Shown here in pieces: positions 26,648 through 39,023 of a stretch of DNA of 64,000 nt. This DNA comes from Escherichia phage vB_EcoM_011D4, in sequence record MT478991.1; one strand, written 5' to 3'. Position 1 is the stretch's first letter; each line of letters opens with the position of its first letter. The notes beneath the pieces are model-generated. The model ran no database searches and was not told the DNA's origin. It saw only the letters and a list, made by a program, of their open reading frames with translations. A program made the translations under genes and the position numbers.

Positions 26648-27486
26648 TGGCACGACTTTCTAAACAAGAACAAAAATTACACGACCGAGCAATGGAGTTG
26701 ATTAATTCAGATCGCCCATTGACATATGAAGAAAAAGAATTTTGCTATAATAACTATCATGGCGATGGGCTAGGTGGTTCCGGTGCATTCTTTACCCCAG
26801 AAGGGCTTGCATGGGATTTTACCATCGATGCACATTGCACAGGAAAAGTATTGGATCTTTGTGCTGGGATCGGTCGCTTATCTTTTTGTATGTTACATCG
26901 TTGTAAGCCAGAAAAGATCGTATGCGTCGAACTCAATCCAGAATTTGCGCGGATTGGCAAGCGACTATTACCGGAAGCAGAATGGATCACCAGCGATGTA
27001 TTCGAATTTGAGTCAAACGAAAAATTCGATGTTGTAATTAGCAATCCACCTTTCGGGAAAATCAATACAACCGACACAAAGGATGTATTTGAGTACACTG
27101 GCGGCGAATTTGAATTTAAGGTTATGACGCTAGGGCAAAAGTTTGCCGATGTTGGCTATTTTATTGTTCCTGTGGGTTCCGCTGGTTTTGCTTATTCCGG
27201 CAGACCTTATTATGACGGGACCATGAAGTCTAATAAATATCTAAAATGGAGCAAACAAACTGGTTTGGTGACTTATGCCGGATGTGGGATCGATACATCA
27301 ATCTATCGCGATGAATGGCACAGTACCAACGTTTTAACAGAAGTGGTTGAGGTTCGGTATTACGAGAAAGAAGCCGTAGAAGCGCCTAAATCGCGTCCTA
27401 ACGAACAAATAGAAGAAAGTAAGGAGATTACCTTACCGAAACAGGAAAGCGAGTCTGGGACGCTCTCAGATTTGTTTGACATTTAA
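26647..27486 (+). CDS. putative N6-adenine DNA methyltransferase (gamma-class amino-MTase motifs)
   Basis: 279 aa; motif X GAFFTPEGL, motif I VLDLCAGIGRL, motif IV VISNPPFGK in N-to-C order. Confidence 0.6.
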   Translation: MARLSKQEQKLHDRAMELINSDRPLTYEEKEFCYNNYHGDGLGGSGAFFTPEGLAWDFTIDAHCTGKVLDLCAGIGRLSFCMLHRCKPEKIVCVELNPEFARIGKRLLPEAEWITSDVFEFESNEKFDVVISNPPFGKINTTDTKDVFEYTGGEFEFKVMTLGQKFADVGYFIVPVGSAGFAYSGRPYYDGTMKSNKYLKWSKQTGLVTYAGCGIDTSIYRDEWHSTNVLTEVVEVRYYEKEAVEAPKSRPNEQIEESKEITLPKQESESGTLSDLFDI

Positions 27487-27489
27487 TTA

Positions 27490-27518
27490 TAAGCCGTCCT
27501 TGTGGGCGGCTTTTTTGT
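27490..27518 (+). terminator. rho-independent terminator after methyltransferase cassette
   Basis: hairpin aagccgtccttgtgggcggctt followed by tttttt. Confidence 0.6.
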
Positions 27519-27526
27519 ATGTATTT

Positions 27527-27534
27527 TATAAATA
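27527..27534 (+). promoter_or_regulatory. T4-type late promoter TATAAATA
   Basis: exact TATAAATA about 28 nt upstream of gene 9 start. Confidence 0.55.
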
Positions 27535-27561
27535 ATACATCATAACATGAGGAATTAAACA

Positions 27562-28416
27562 ATGGCACAAGTTCCAAAGAAAAGAATAGACACAGGTACT
27601 GTCGGCAATCCATCGACTGGCGATATCTTATATGATGGCGGCAATAAAATTAACGATAACTTTGATTCAATATATGACGCATTTGCTGATCAGCGGTTTA
27701 AAGACGTAGACCACGGTGTGGGAAGAATGGTTATTCATGCAACCGGATACTATCAGAAGCATCCACGTCAAAGCTACGCGGGTTCCGCTGTTGAGATTGG
27801 GAGTCTACACGATATCGATACAACTCAAGGCGCACTTATTGCTATTCTACCTAAAGCAAAGGTCGGCGAGGGTGTTGTATTCATAAATAGTAACGGTAGC
27901 CTTTCAACGACGACACCGCTCAATATTCGAACTCAAGCAGGTGATTCTATTAGCGGTTATTCCGGTGATGCTACAATAACACAACCATTTTCAAAAGTCA
28001 CTGTTTGGTGTACTGCCGTTGAAGGTAGTCGCGTAACGTGGCGATTGGGTATCGAAAGTATGTTTACCGATACAACAACGCCATTAGATAAAACAGTTAA
28101 CGTAACTGGAGTAGCAACAAACGTTGCTATTGCCGCAAAAACAGAATACGTTTCCATCAAATTATTAACTACCGCTAGCAATACATCCGGTTCAAAAATG
28201 CGTTCAAGTGAAACGCTACTGATGATTGATTCTAAAGCCGGAAAAGTTTATGCGACGGAATATGCAGTTTTACAGAAGACAGAAGATGAACTATACACGG
28301 TTCGTTATTTCATCGGTTCCGGCGATAAAGTATATGCAGAGTATAAGGCTACTGGCGAAAATATTCGTTTAGCAGTTAAAGCCGTAGACACTATTAAAAT
28401 CGGGGTTGCTACATGA
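27562..28416 (+). CDS. 9: baseplate wedge tail-fibre connector gp9
   Basis: 284 aa; position and size match T4 gp9. Confidence 0.8.
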   Translation: MAQVPKKRIDTGTVGNPSTGDILYDGGNKINDNFDSIYDAFADQRFKDVDHGVGRMVIHATGYYQKHPRQSYAGSAVEIGSLHDIDTTQGALIAILPKAKVGEGVVFINSNGSLSTTTPLNIRTQAGDSISGYSGDATITQPFSKVTVWCTAVEGSRVTWRLGIESMFTDTTTPLDKTVNVTGVATNVAIAAKTEYVSIKLLTTASNTSGSKMRSSETLLMIDSKAGKVYATEYAVLQKTEDELYTVRYFIGSGDKVYAEYKATGENIRLAVKAVDTIKIGVAT

Positions 28417-30215
28417 AACAATTAATTAATATCGGTAACGTTGTTGATGACGGTACAGGTGATTATCTAAGAAAAGGCGGTCAAAAGATTAATGACAACT
28501 TTTCTGAACTTTATACTAAGCTGGGGGATGGTGATATCCCTCATGCATCCGGCGCGTGGAAAACTCACACACAACCAGTATTAAAACCAAATTTTGGTGA
28601 TGCATGGGCGATTAATACAACGAACAACGCTGTTTCTGTTGAATTGCCTAAAGGAAGCGTGAGCGATTATAATAAAACAATTAAACTTCGTGATGTTTGG
28701 CGCTCATGGGCTGCACATAACGTAACGTTGAAGCCAGCACAAGGTGATACCATTAAGGGATCTCCAATCGACCGTGAGTTGTATAAAGATTTCATGGATG
28801 TTGAATTGGTTTATTGTGCGCCTGGACGTTGGGAATATGTCGAAAATAAACGAGTAGATACTATCACCACTTCCGATTTAAGCACAGTTGCCAAAGAAGT
28901 TTATATTGCAACCGAAGGACAAACAGACTTCCCTAATGTGTTTGGTTCCAATACTTACAATATTCGAAATGTTGAAGTGTATTATCGCGGTAACTTGCTT
29001 TATTATGGCAAGGATTTAACCGATGATTCTAACTATGGATCAATCGGTGAAAACGGTGATATTGTTCCGCTGGACGGTAAAAGCATTAAATTACGCTTCC
29101 CTTGTTCGGCTGGTGATACCATTCAAATCATCACTTATATGGACGGTATCGCATCTTTCCGGTCAAGCTATATTACTCATACAATCCGCGTTTATGAAAC
29201 AGGAATGACCACTTTGGAATCCATCCCTGGTGAAGTTTGGGTCGGTGAACTAGCTAATAAGAAAGAATTTACTAATGCTGAATTAGGCGTAAGTAAGCGA
29301 GATCTTATTAATCCAAATTCATTTGAATTGCTGATCAACGGCACACAAATGATTAAAGCGGGTGATGCGGATTTACCTTCCTTTATTTGTGAAGGCGCTG
29401 ACGGTGAAACGGAAGAAACCTGCGTACTTGCTGGCGGTCAATGGGTGGAATCTGGGGAAGATTATTCATTGATGTTCGACGAAAACAGCGTGGTGACTGG
29501 TATTAAATTATCTAAAGCACTAGATAACCGAGATACTATCACAATTCGCTGGTTTAATAATGATATCGGAACATTAATGGAATGGGACGGTGTAGGCGGT
29601 ATTAAAGAAAAAGCAGATAAAATCTATCTTAATAACGAAGATGAAGTTACTCTGACAAATCGAATTGAATATACCGATTTCCAGAATCCAAGCCAAGCAA
29701 CTAAACGCCCAATGGAAGATTATACAGGTCGTGTGATGGATATCTATTCCATATTCGATATTTTCTATCCTATAGGCACAATTTATGAAAATGCGCATAA
29801 CCCAGCTAACCCAGCGACATATATGGGATTTGGTACATGGGTACGTTATGCAGAAAAAGAATTTTTAGTTGGTTGGTCTTCTGACGCAAGCGATCAAAAC
29901 TTCGCACTAAACAACAACGATCTTGATACACATGGTCAACCTACACACACCGCAGGGGGTAACGGTGGTGATGTTGCATACCAGATCAAGAAAAATATGA
30001 TTCCTGAATTACAGAGCGACGATCGAGTTCTTGTAAAAGATGATAACGGAAATATTATTATCGGTGGTTGTCAGGTAGATCCTGATGCAGTAGGTCCAGC
30101 GTTTACCAAATATCGCGAAGATAATGTTAAAGTTAATCAGGGAAATACCGACCCGTCAATGATTGGTATTCTTCCTCCATACAGAACTGTCTATCGTTGG
30201 CTAAGGGTAGGTTAA
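28413..30215 (+). CDS. 10: baseplate wedge protein gp10
   Basis: 600 aa; N-terminus shares motif with gp9 N-terminus (G..TGD....GG.KINDNF) as expected for gp9/gp10. Confidence 0.8.
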   Translation: MKQLINIGNVVDDGTGDYLRKGGQKINDNFSELYTKLGDGDIPHASGAWKTHTQPVLKPNFGDAWAINTTNNAVSVELPKGSVSDYNKTIKLRDVWRSWAAHNVTLKPAQGDTIKGSPIDRELYKDFMDVELVYCAPGRWEYVENKRVDTITTSDLSTVAKEVYIATEGQTDFPNVFGSNTYNIRNVEVYYRGNLLYYGKDLTDDSNYGSIGENGDIVPLDGKSIKLRFPCSAGDTIQIITYMDGIASFRSSYITHTIRVYETGMTTLESIPGEVWVGELANKKEFTNAELGVSKRDLINPNSFELLINGTQMIKAGDADLPSFICEGADGETEETCVLAGGQWVESGEDYSLMFDENSVVTGIKLSKALDNRDTITIRWFNNDIGTLMEWDGVGGIKEKADKIYLNNEDEVTLTNRIEYTDFQNPSQATKRPMEDYTGRVMDIYSIFDIFYPIGTIYENAHNPANPATYMGFGTWVRYAEKEFLVGWSSDASDQNFALNNNDLDTHGQPTHTAGGNGGDVAYQIKKNMIPELQSDDRVLVKDDNGNIIIGGCQVDPDAVGPAFTKYREDNVKVNQGNTDPSMIGILPPYRTVYRWLRVG

Positions 30216-30216
30216 T

Positions 30217-30861
30217 ATGATTTCGAAAACACGTTCAAAAGCTAGTGTATTTTCCAGCGATGCGGCGTTTATTTCATACGATCCAGGATCGAAAGATCCT
30301 GTTATCGGTGGTTCTCGTCCTATCGGTGGTGTTAATGTCGATCAATCAAGAAAAGGTTCCTATGTAAGCAACGTTCAATCTGCAATTGATGACCTTTATT
30401 CATTGTCAATGATCCGAATTGGTGATGTGTTGGTTACAACCAACTCAACTCCACCACAAGCCGCAGGACAGATTGAAACTCTGTCATTTTCTGGTTCTGT
30501 TAACAATCAGCATAATCCAGACGCAAACAAAGTATTAATTGATGTTTTGGGTTATCCATTTATTGTTGATGTTGGGTCTTCCGGCGTTTCTCTATGTGAG
30601 AAAGTAACGGAAAAATTTACCGAACTAATGAATAAAAACATTATGTTCAAAGAAGTAAAAAGAAAAGGAAGTAGCAACGACCAATTAGAAATTCATTATA
30701 TCGATTCTCTTGAACATCCACCAACCGATATTAACAAGTACGGAATTACAATCACAGGAAATGTTGATTCTCCTGCTCGTGTTGGTTATGGTTCATGGTC
30801 TCGAATGGGTACAGAAGAGAAATTTGGAACTACCCTATATTATTTCAAACGTATTGCATAA
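30217..30861 (+). CDS. 11: baseplate wedge protein gp11
   Basis: 214 aa; position and size match T4 gp11. Confidence 0.75.
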   Translation: MISKTRSKASVFSSDAAFISYDPGSKDPVIGGSRPIGGVNVDQSRKGSYVSNVQSAIDDLYSLSMIRIGDVLVTTNSTPPQAAGQIETLSFSGSVNNQHNPDANKVLIDVLGYPFIVDVGSSGVSLCEKVTEKFTELMNKNIMFKEVKRKGSSNDQLEIHYIDSLEHPPTDINKYGITITGNVDSPARVGYGSWSRMGTEEKFGTTLYYFKRIA

Positions 30862-30872
30862 GGTGATGTATA

Positions 30873-32273
30873 ATGGCAAACAATACTATTAACCATGTAA
30901 AAGACGATGCTCAATACGTCAAGTTTAACCCTGTAAATGATTGGCCTCAAAGCATTACCAACGTACAAGCGGCTTTAGCCGCTATTAATGGCTTTGCCGT
31001 AAATGGATTACCGGACGCTACGGAAGATACAGCCGGGATCGCTGCAATCGCAACTCAGGAAGAAGTAAACGACGGGACAGTAGACAATAAGATCGTGACT
31101 CCAAAAACACTGGCTGTTAAAATGTCACGTCCAGATGCCACAAAAGAAGTAAAAGGCATTACCCGATTTGCCACGATGGAAGAATCGCTGCAAGAGAGCA
31201 ACGAGAACATAGCAATCGGTCCAGACACACTAAACCATTACTTCACCACTAAAAAGGCGTCAGAGAGCGTTCAGGGGACTATTAAGATATGTTCTCTTGA
31301 GGCGGCAAAGATTGGCAGTGATGACACAATGGCAGTAACACCGAAAAAGATGCACACTGCCATTGCACAGATTGTACCTGGATTAATTCCAGATCAAAAC
31401 ACAGCAACCGAAAGCGCACAGGGTTTAGTTCAGTTAGCAACCAGTGCGCAAGTTTTACAAGGCCAGATTCGAGAAGGTTTTGCAATTAGTCCTTATGCAT
31501 TTGCAAATGCTCGCGCCAATGAGAATCAGGCGGGTACTGTTAAGATCGCCAGTCAGTCACAGATGAATGCTGGTTCAGATGATACTGTAGTTGTTTCTGC
31601 TAAGAAGTTTGCAAGCACTAAGGCAACAACGTCTCAATACGGTATTGTTAAACTACGAGACACCGTAGGAAGTGAGGCTAACGCTGCATTATCAGCAAAT
31701 GCTAAGGTTCTTCCTAGCACTGGCGGTACGGTAAGCGGAAACGTCTATAAAGGTTCAAACTCAGACGGCAACCAGTTTGTTACTAAAAATGAATTAGCGA
31801 ATCACGCAATGCCAATTGGTGGTATTATCCTTTCTGGATTCAATGCCGATCGAGGTGACTTTCTGATCTGTAATGGTCGTTCGCTGAATAAAAATCAATA
31901 TCCGCAATTATTTTCTGCGATTGGTTATACCTTTGGTGGTTCAGGTGACAATTTTAACATTCCTGATATGCGCGGTTTAGTTGCTCGTGGTTGCGATCAT
32001 GGAAGAAACCTTGATCCAGGTCGTCGATTTGGTTCTTATCAAGAAGACGCAATGCAGAGAATTACTGGTAAATTCCCTGTAGCTGACCGCTGGCGCGGTT
32101 GGTATGGTGGAGCATTTACTGCACAGCGCGGTCAATGGAGCACGAACTATAAAAACGGTGGTGGTGATGATTGGGGTACTACTGTTAACTTTGACTCAGG
32201 AAGATCCGTAAGAACGGCTAACGAGACTCGCGTCAAGAGTCTGGCATTAAACTATATCATAAGGGTGCGCTAA
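30873..32273 (+). CDS. 12: short tail fibre protein gp12
   Basis: 466 aa; repetitive segments (IAIGPDTLNHY, FAISPYAFANA) and position after gene 11. Confidence 0.75.
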   Translation: MANNTINHVKDDAQYVKFNPVNDWPQSITNVQAALAAINGFAVNGLPDATEDTAGIAAIATQEEVNDGTVDNKIVTPKTLAVKMSRPDATKEVKGITRFATMEESLQESNENIAIGPDTLNHYFTTKKASESVQGTIKICSLEAAKIGSDDTMAVTPKKMHTAIAQIVPGLIPDQNTATESAQGLVQLATSAQVLQGQIREGFAISPYAFANARANENQAGTVKIASQSQMNAGSDDTVVVSAKKFASTKATTSQYGIVKLRDTVGSEANAALSANAKVLPSTGGTVSGNVYKGSNSDGNQFVTKNELANHAMPIGGIILSGFNADRGDFLICNGRSLNKNQYPQLFSAIGYTFGGSGDNFNIPDMRGLVARGCDHGRNLDPGRRFGSYQEDAMQRITGKFPVADRWRGWYGGAFTAQRGQWSTNYKNGGGDDWGTTVNFDSGRSVRTANETRVKSLALNYIIRVR

Positions 32274-34042
32274 TGATTGAACAATTAAACATCCACGAGA
32301 TCCCACATGTTGACGGTGTACCAAGCGAAGGACAGCACCGTATTAACTGGATCAAGAATGGCGAATGTTTAAGCGCAGCAACGACACAGACTGGCAATGA
32401 CGGGACGCTTAACCGCGCCCCTGTTGCAATTCAAGAAAACGTTGCACGCGTAAACGAAAACGCAAAATCAACCGTCGCTAAAGTTAACGAGGTTGTAACG
32501 GCGGTTAACGATATTAAAACAACTTTAGGGGTAATTTCTGACGGAAGTATCATTGATGTGGTTAACCAGACTGTCGCAAAAGTTGAATCCGTCGAAGAGA
32601 ACTTAGGAGAAACAGCAAGAACTCTGCAAACAACGGTAGACGCTGTATCAGAACTTAACATCAAGATTGGTGATCGCCCCGCTGCCGATCCTAGCACAAG
32701 AACAATCTATGATGACATTTCTTTCATCAAACAAGAAATGGGTTCTTATCCTAACTTTAATATCAATGGTTCCCCTGATGCTGGCAGTTCCGGTTCTGGC
32801 ATCAAATACCGAGTTATTCAGAATACCGCAGCATTAAATGACCACGGTCGCCGAATCGTTCAGCTTGAAAACGACTGGCAAGATTCTGACGTAGGCGAGT
32901 TAACAAGACAAGTTAACAAAATGCGCAGTGAGATCGGCGACACGTCTCTTGCAACACAAGAAAATGTGTATGTTCGTCTCCGCACCAACGCAAGAAACAT
33001 TGCTAACTTATCAAACGAAGTTCTAGAAGTCAAGAAAGCAATTTTGTTTGATTCAATCCCTGATATCGGGACTAAAGTCACTACGCTGGGAACTAATTAT
33101 GAACGTCTAAACAATGATGTTAATGGTGTAGATTCCGGTATTCGTCCTCGTCTTCTGGCTGTCGAGAATAAGATCGGAACGCCTCAATCGGCTGGAAGCA
33201 TTGATTATCGATTAACCAACACAGAGCGAGAATTTTTAGATCTTAAACAGGTTGTTGGTGTAAGCGGTGCTGACGGTTTGCGCGGTGAAGTTGTTCGACT
33301 TTCCAATGAGATTGGCACTGACAGCGATCGACATACTCTAGCCGGACGTATTAAAGTTGTAGAAAACACTCAGGGTCGGTTAGAAGCAAGCGTACAGGAC
33401 ATGGAACAGCTTGTAGGTGATCGCGAATCAGGTTTGACCGCTGGCGTTATTAAACTATCAAGTGATATCTATGGCGATGATGGTTCAGAAGATCCATTTA
33501 CTCAGAAAGGCGTGATTAAAATCGTCAAAGAGCTACAAACATCTAACGGAAACAAAGTAGATGATGTACCTGATGACGGTTTTCATTATCTGCGTAAGCA
33601 CGGCGAATGGGTGCAAGTTGCATATGCTGCTGGAGCATTTAAAAATACCGCAGATATTACGGTTGAACTTGACGAACAGGATGTTTATAAACCGATTCCG
33701 CTAAACGATATGACCGAAGAAGTTCCTGCGCGTGGAATGGTTAAGAGCGAATCTCTTGTTACGGTTAACGACAAAGGCTTATTCCGTTGTGATTTCCGTT
33801 GTTCTGTAAATGCGGCACATAACGCTACTTTCGTAGTCGGTATTGCTAAAAATGGTCTGATTGTACATGAGGTACGAAATGGTCATTATGGAGCTGATGA
33901 TTTAATTAGCTATTCTACCAGTGCTTTCCTAAATATTGAAAAGGGCGACCGGATCGATATTCGCATTAAGGGCGTATCCGAAGAAGCATTAGCGCAACAG
34001 CTACAAATTAAAGAGTTCCTCTTTGGAATTTCTCCGGTATAA
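32273..34042 (+). CDS. wac: fibritin (neck whiskers)
   Basis: 589 aa, long coiled-coil-like repeats; position between gene 12 and gene 13. Confidence 0.7.
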   Translation: MIEQLNIHEIPHVDGVPSEGQHRINWIKNGECLSAATTQTGNDGTLNRAPVAIQENVARVNENAKSTVAKVNEVVTAVNDIKTTLGVISDGSIIDVVNQTVAKVESVEENLGETARTLQTTVDAVSELNIKIGDRPAADPSTRTIYDDISFIKQEMGSYPNFNINGSPDAGSSGSGIKYRVIQNTAALNDHGRRIVQLENDWQDSDVGELTRQVNKMRSEIGDTSLATQENVYVRLRTNARNIANLSNEVLEVKKAILFDSIPDIGTKVTTLGTNYERLNNDVNGVDSGIRPRLLAVENKIGTPQSAGSIDYRLTNTEREFLDLKQVVGVSGADGLRGEVVRLSNEIGTDSDRHTLAGRIKVVENTQGRLEASVQDMEQLVGDRESGLTAGVIKLSSDIYGDDGSEDPFTQKGVIKIVKELQTSNGNKVDDVPDDGFHYLRKHGEWVQVAYAAGAFKNTADITVELDEQDVYKPIPLNDMTEEVPARGMVKSESLVTVNDKGLFRCDFRCSVNAAHNATFVVGIAKNGLIVHEVRNGHYGADDLISYSTSAFLNIEKGDRIDIRIKGVSEEALAQQLQIKEFLFGISPV

Positions 34043-34044
34043 GA

Positions 34045-34075
34045 AATTAAAGGGGCGTTAAGCCCCTTTTTCGTT
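34045..34075 (+). terminator. rho-independent terminator after wac
   Basis: hairpin aggggcgttaagcccct followed by ttttt. Confidence 0.55.
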
Positions 34076-34088
34076 TATAGGTGATATT

Positions 34089-35021
34089 ATGTCAGGATAT
34101 GTAACAAATAACCCAAGAGAATTAAAAGACGCTATTCTGCGTCGTTTAGGCGCACCAGTAATTAACGTAGAAGTAACAGAAGACCAGATTTACGATTGTA
34201 TTCAGAGAGCATTAGAACTCTATGGGGAATATCATTTCGATGGTGTGAATAAAGGATATAAAGTATTTCGTGTTAGTGCAGAGCAAGCGCAACACGGGGT
34301 ATTTGATTTAAGCGATTCTGGGGTATTCGCAGTAACTAAAATAATTAGAACAAACGTAGGTAGCGCGGCTACGATGGATGGCACTGCCGTTTATCCGTGG
34401 TTTACTGACTTTCTGTTGGGTTTAGCTGGTGTAAATGGCGGTTTAGGATCTGGATGTAGTAAATTTTATGGTCCAAATGCAATGGGCGGTGATCTAGGAT
34501 ATTTCGAACAGCTTATGAGCTATCGAGCCACTATGCAAAATATGCTTAATCCACTGCCAGACTATTGGTATAATAGCGCAAACGGACAACTTAAGATTAC
34601 AGGAAACTTCCGAGAAGGTGATCTCATTGTTGTTGAATTATATGTTAAAAGCTATGTAGACGTTCCTGATATGATCGGCGCGGTTGCTGGTTATGCTCAT
34701 GCTGGAGGATGTTCTACCGCTGGCGGGATTAGCGCCGTTTATGATAATCCAACTGCTGGTTTAAGCGGGATTGTTGCTGGCATGGGACCGATCAGTGAGA
34801 ACAAGCAGGGCGCATATAATAACCGTTGGGTTAAAGACATGGCAACCGCTTTCACTAAGGAGGTGTGGGGGTCCATCATGGCTAAACATCAAGGTCTGCA
34901 ATTACCCGGCGGTGTCACTGTTGATGGTATCCGAATCATTGAAGAAGCACGCGCCGACATTGAGAAATTGCGACAAGAACTAGAATTATTAGATCCTCCG
35001 TTCGGCATCCTCATGATTTGA
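34089..35021 (+). CDS. 13: neck protein gp13
   Basis: 310 aa; position and size match T4 gp13. Confidence 0.8.
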   Translation: MSGYVTNNPRELKDAILRRLGAPVINVEVTEDQIYDCIQRALELYGEYHFDGVNKGYKVFRVSAEQAQHGVFDLSDSGVFAVTKIIRTNVGSAATMDGTAVYPWFTDFLLGLAGVNGGLGSGCSKFYGPNAMGGDLGYFEQLMSYRATMQNMLNPLPDYWYNSANGQLKITGNFREGDLIVVELYVKSYVDVPDMIGAVAGYAHAGGCSTAGGISAVYDNPTAGLSGIVAGMGPISENKQGAYNNRWVKDMATAFTKEVWGSIMAKHQGLQLPGGVTVDGIRIIEEARADIEKLRQELELLDPPFGILMI

Positions 35022-35023
35022 TT

Positions 35024-35050
35024 TATTGGGGGAGTATTCCCCCATTTGGA
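35024..35050 (+). terminator. hairpin (weak terminator or attenuator) after gene 13
   Basis: gggggagtattccccc hairpin with a short T-run. Confidence 0.3.
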
Positions 35051-35057
35051 GTAACAT

Positions 35058-35798
35058 ATGTTTAACAACACTCTTTTTGCTCGCCTTGAATCGCAAAAGG
35101 ATTATGAGAATACACGACAAACAGAGATTCTTAATCCTTATGTGAACTTTCACAAATATACAAATACTCAGACGTTAGCCGACGTTATGGTCGCCGAAGC
35201 TATTCAGATGCGAGGTGTAGAATTATATTACATCCCTCGTGAATTTGTCAAACCAGATATGATCTTTGGTGAGGATGTTCAAAGCAAATTTACTAAAGCA
35301 TGGAAATTTGCGGCTTATATTAACTCATTTGATGGGTATGAAGGAGCGGGTAATTTCTTCTCTAGTTTCGGGTATCAAGCTAATGATGAACTAACTTTTA
35401 CGGTTAACCCCAACCTATTCAAGCATCAAGTAGATGATCAAGAGCCAAAATCAGGTGACTTAATTTATATTCCAATGAGTAATGATCTCTTTGAAATTAA
35501 TTACGTCGAGCCATATCAGCCGTTTTTTCAGGCTGGCAAAAATGCCATGCGTAAAATTATTGCAGAGAAATTCGTGTATAGCGGTGAGGAATTGCGACCA
35601 GAATTACAACGCAATGAGGGAATTAATGTTGATGAGTTTGCGGATCTGGATCTTGCACCGATCACTAATCTGGACGGGTTAACAGATATCAACTTAGATC
35701 AGTACAAAGAAGATAAGCAATTCAGAAGCGAAGGACAAGATTTTATTGATCCGTTTGATCCTATTAATGGCACTGGTTCACCTTTTGCTAATTTTTGA
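35058..35798 (+). CDS. 14: neck protein gp14
   Basis: 246 aa; position and size match T4 gp14. Confidence 0.8.
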   Translation: MFNNTLFARLESQKDYENTRQTEILNPYVNFHKYTNTQTLADVMVAEAIQMRGVELYYIPREFVKPDMIFGEDVQSKFTKAWKFAAYINSFDGYEGAGNFFSSFGYQANDELTFTVNPNLFKHQVDDQEPKSGDLIYIPMSNDLFEINYVEPYQPFFQAGKNAMRKIIAEKFVYSGEELRPELQRNEGINVDEFADLDLAPITNLDGLTDINLDQYKEDKQFRSEGQDFIDPFDPINGTGSPFANF

Positions 35799-36658
35799 TA
35801 AATACTCATAAACAAGGGGGTCAAATGTTTGGATGGCACTACAATTCGTCACTACGAAGATATATTGTATTGCTGGGTAATTTATTCTCCGGCGTACAAA
35901 TTAAAAGGGTGCGTAGTGACGGTGAGCGGTTTATTAAAGTTCCTATCACCTACGCAAAGAAAGAAAAATTCATGATGAGTCTGGACAAATATAACAATAT
36001 CTCAAGTGAGGAAGACGTAGCAAAGGTAGAAACTATTTTACCTCGTATGTGTCTTTCTTTGATTGATATGACATACGCCCAGAACTTTAAAACCAATATT
36101 GCAAATAAGACAGTACCAAAATATACAGCGGATGGAATCAGGAGCGTAACACAATATAATCCTGTACCATATAAGTTTACTTTCGAGTTAGGGATTTATA
36201 CGCGTAACGAAGATGATATGTTTCAGATAATTGAACAGATTCTTCCTTACTTCCAGCCTCATTTTAACTGTAAGATTAAAGAACTACACGGTAATGATGT
36301 ATGGATTGATCGAGATATTCAGGTCACAATTAGTTCTATTACTCCAGATGAACAGGTAGGCGAAGATAAGTTTTCTCGTCGTCGTCTTGAGTGGACCATT
36401 ATGTTTGAGTTCATCGGGTTTATCTATCCTCCAGCTACCGACGTTAAGGGGGAAATTAGAACGATTTATCTTGATTTTCATGCCAATTCTCGTGAATTGA
36501 ATCCTAGCGGTAATTTTGAATCTGTGGATCACGAGGTCGTTAAACGTGACGTCGAGCAAGAAGAATGGGACGGAACTATCAAAGAATCATATTCTAGTGA
36601 TATTCCAATACCAGTTGCACCGACTCCACCAGGTCCACGTATTGTAAGAGAATTTTAA
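35795..36658 (+). CDS. 15: tail sheath stabiliser / tail completion protein gp15
   Basis: 287 aa; position and size match T4 gp15. Confidence 0.8.
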   Translation: MINTHKQGGQMFGWHYNSSLRRYIVLLGNLFSGVQIKRVRSDGERFIKVPITYAKKEKFMMSLDKYNNISSEEDVAKVETILPRMCLSLIDMTYAQNFKTNIANKTVPKYTADGIRSVTQYNPVPYKFTFELGIYTRNEDDMFQIIEQILPYFQPHFNCKIKELHGNDVWIDRDIQVTISSITPDEQVGEDKFSRRRLEWTIMFEFIGFIYPPATDVKGEIRTIYLDFHANSRELNPSGNFESVDHEVVKRDVEQEEWDGTIKESYSSDIPIPVAPTPPGPRIVREF

Positions 36659-36671
36659 GAGGTAATTTATT

Positions 36672-38992
<2,321 letters not shown>

Positions 38993-39023
38993 CGATAATG
39001 CATAAAAAGATGAGGAAATTCTA

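Noticed and set aside
26390-26653. 87-aa minus-strand ORF
   Set aside because: Antisense within the second cassette gene, which has a coupled start and stop and better coding context.
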